The translations under genes and the position numbers were made by a program. This document shows, in pieces, positions 63,891-64,000 of a stretch of 64,000 bases of DNA (position 1 is the first letter of the stretch; each line of letters begins with the position of its first letter). Origin of the DNA: Lytechinus pictus (lineage: Eukaryota); NCBI RefSeq assembly GCF_037042905.1, contig NC_087251.1, forward strand, positions 27,034,001 through 27,098,000, read 5' to 3'. The notes under the pieces are model-generated. The model worked only from the letters and a program-made list of their open reading frames with translations. It did no database searches and was not told the DNA's origin.

Positions 63891-64000
63891 GACCGTACTG
63901 CGCTGTACTTTATTTTGATGGCGACATGTGATGCCGCCAGTTTTATAGGAAGGGTGAAAAGAGTGATTTGATAGATGGTTGGGATCGCTTTCAGTATTAT

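Overview
AT-rich animal genomic DNA, not prokaryotic; the repeat landscape suggests a marine invertebrate, possibly a sea urchin (inference only). Two spliced genes could be reconstructed by hand with GT-AG introns and consistent phases, and they converge tail to tail. (1) A 5-exon clan-2 cytochrome P450 (+, 8398-19305, 566 aa) with a ~75-aa insertion before the I-helix. (2) A 17-exon, 1010-aa fusion of a hydantoinase/oxoprolinase-A (HyuA-like) ATPase module with DUF917 (-, 61413-27052), lacking a hydantoinase-B half. Intron 12 of the second gene holds a young Penelope-like retroelement (RT + GIY-YIG) with ~1-kb inverted arms. Each arm carries CCAAT/TATA promoter motifs and a minimal hammerhead-ribozyme core. 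The rest is transposon-derived: three TAG-ended elements with 3-bp TSDs (Academ-like; one a 3.6-kb near-palindrome nested in another), Helentron-associated-type repeats, MITEs, L2-like LINE fragments, and a SINE-like fragment with a 7SL-like head. Most short ORFs in the track are spurious. All family names come from motif recognition, not database searches.
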